Source: Haliotis cracherodii
Lineage: Eukaryota
DNA: 64,000 bases
Direction: 5' to 3'
Assembly: GCF_022045235.1 (NCBI RefSeq)
Contig: NW_027266265.1
Coordinates: 2,480,001-2,544,000 of the forward strand
Position 1 is the stretch's first letter. Every line of letters begins with the position of its first letter. The position numbers were made by a program, and so were the translations under genes. Positions 63,708-64,000 of the stretch are shown here, piece by piece. The notes beneath the pieces were generated by a model that saw nothing but the letters and a program-made list of their open reading frames with translations, did no database searches and was not told the origin of the DNA.

Positions 63708-64000
63708 AATTATTATCCCCCGACACAAAGAGGGGATATAGGAATGGGTGCCGTCCGTCCGTCCGTCACATTTGGTTTCCGGAACAGACCTTGAAAACGT
63801 ACCATATTTCTTAACCAAACTTGGCACATAGATAGGTCTAGTGGTGAACTGGTGCCTTACGATAGTTTGGGTTTTTGGAAGAAATTATTTCTCGAATTTC
63901 CATGGCAACGACTTTGGCTTAGACTGAAAATGGCGGTAGTCCTCGTTTCCGAAACAGATCTTGAAAACGTACCATATTTCTTCACCAAACTTCACCAAAC
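63708..64000 (+). mobile_element. left end of a Helentron-associated non-autonomous element (HINE/DINE-like) with ~170-bp core repeats
   Basis: TTATTATCCCC..GGGGATAT short inverted repeat, (GTCC)n microsatellite, then TTTCCG.AACAGA.CTTGAAAACGTACCATATTTCTT.ACCAAACTT at 63776 and 63946; runs off the window. Confidence 0.8.

Larger units (their letters stand above)
54570..63710 (+). repeat. segmental duplication unit paralogous to 27800-33725, expanded by later insertions
   Basis: Same block order as the 27.8-kb unit, interrupted by SINEs, a piggyBac-like relic and a Harbinger element. Confidence 0.9.

Overview
AT-rich animal genomic DNA, not prokaryotic. The SINE repertoire (tRNA-derived heads, Meta/V-like central domains, (ACTC)n, (ACCA)n and (ACCTC)n tails) points to a mollusc, probably abalone (Haliotis); this is recognition from memory, not a database result. 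I can support no intact protein-coding gene, and most ORF-track entries are chance or repeat-derived. The window is mostly decayed mobile elements. Retroelements: Penelope-like (Naiad-type) RT relics plus about 12 copies of their structured 3' end, a CR1/L2 3' end, an R4-like RLE LINE, an RNase H-bearing LINE, a Gmr1-order Gypsy relic, a DIRS/Ngaro tyrosine recombinase and four SINE families. DNA elements: Tc1, MULE-FLYWCH, PIF/Harbinger, a piggyBac-like fragment and a Helentron-type element. These sit on old segmental duplications (1-1.1 kb ~ 6.3-8.4 kb; 27.8-33.7 kb ~ 54.6-63.7 kb, with partial copies near 11 kb and 39 kb) and a recent 2.3-kb tandem duplication. Best leads: (i) a SINE with a precise 5' end, no tRNA head and a candidate pseudoknot/ribozyme-like head; (ii) a multibranch RNA-like motif with two palindromes at the Penelope-like 3' end, strongly strand-biased; (iii) four paralogous decayed reading frames resembling a DEDDh (YDLET) exonuclease; (iv) a 40-bp minisatellite amplified from an internal SINE segment.
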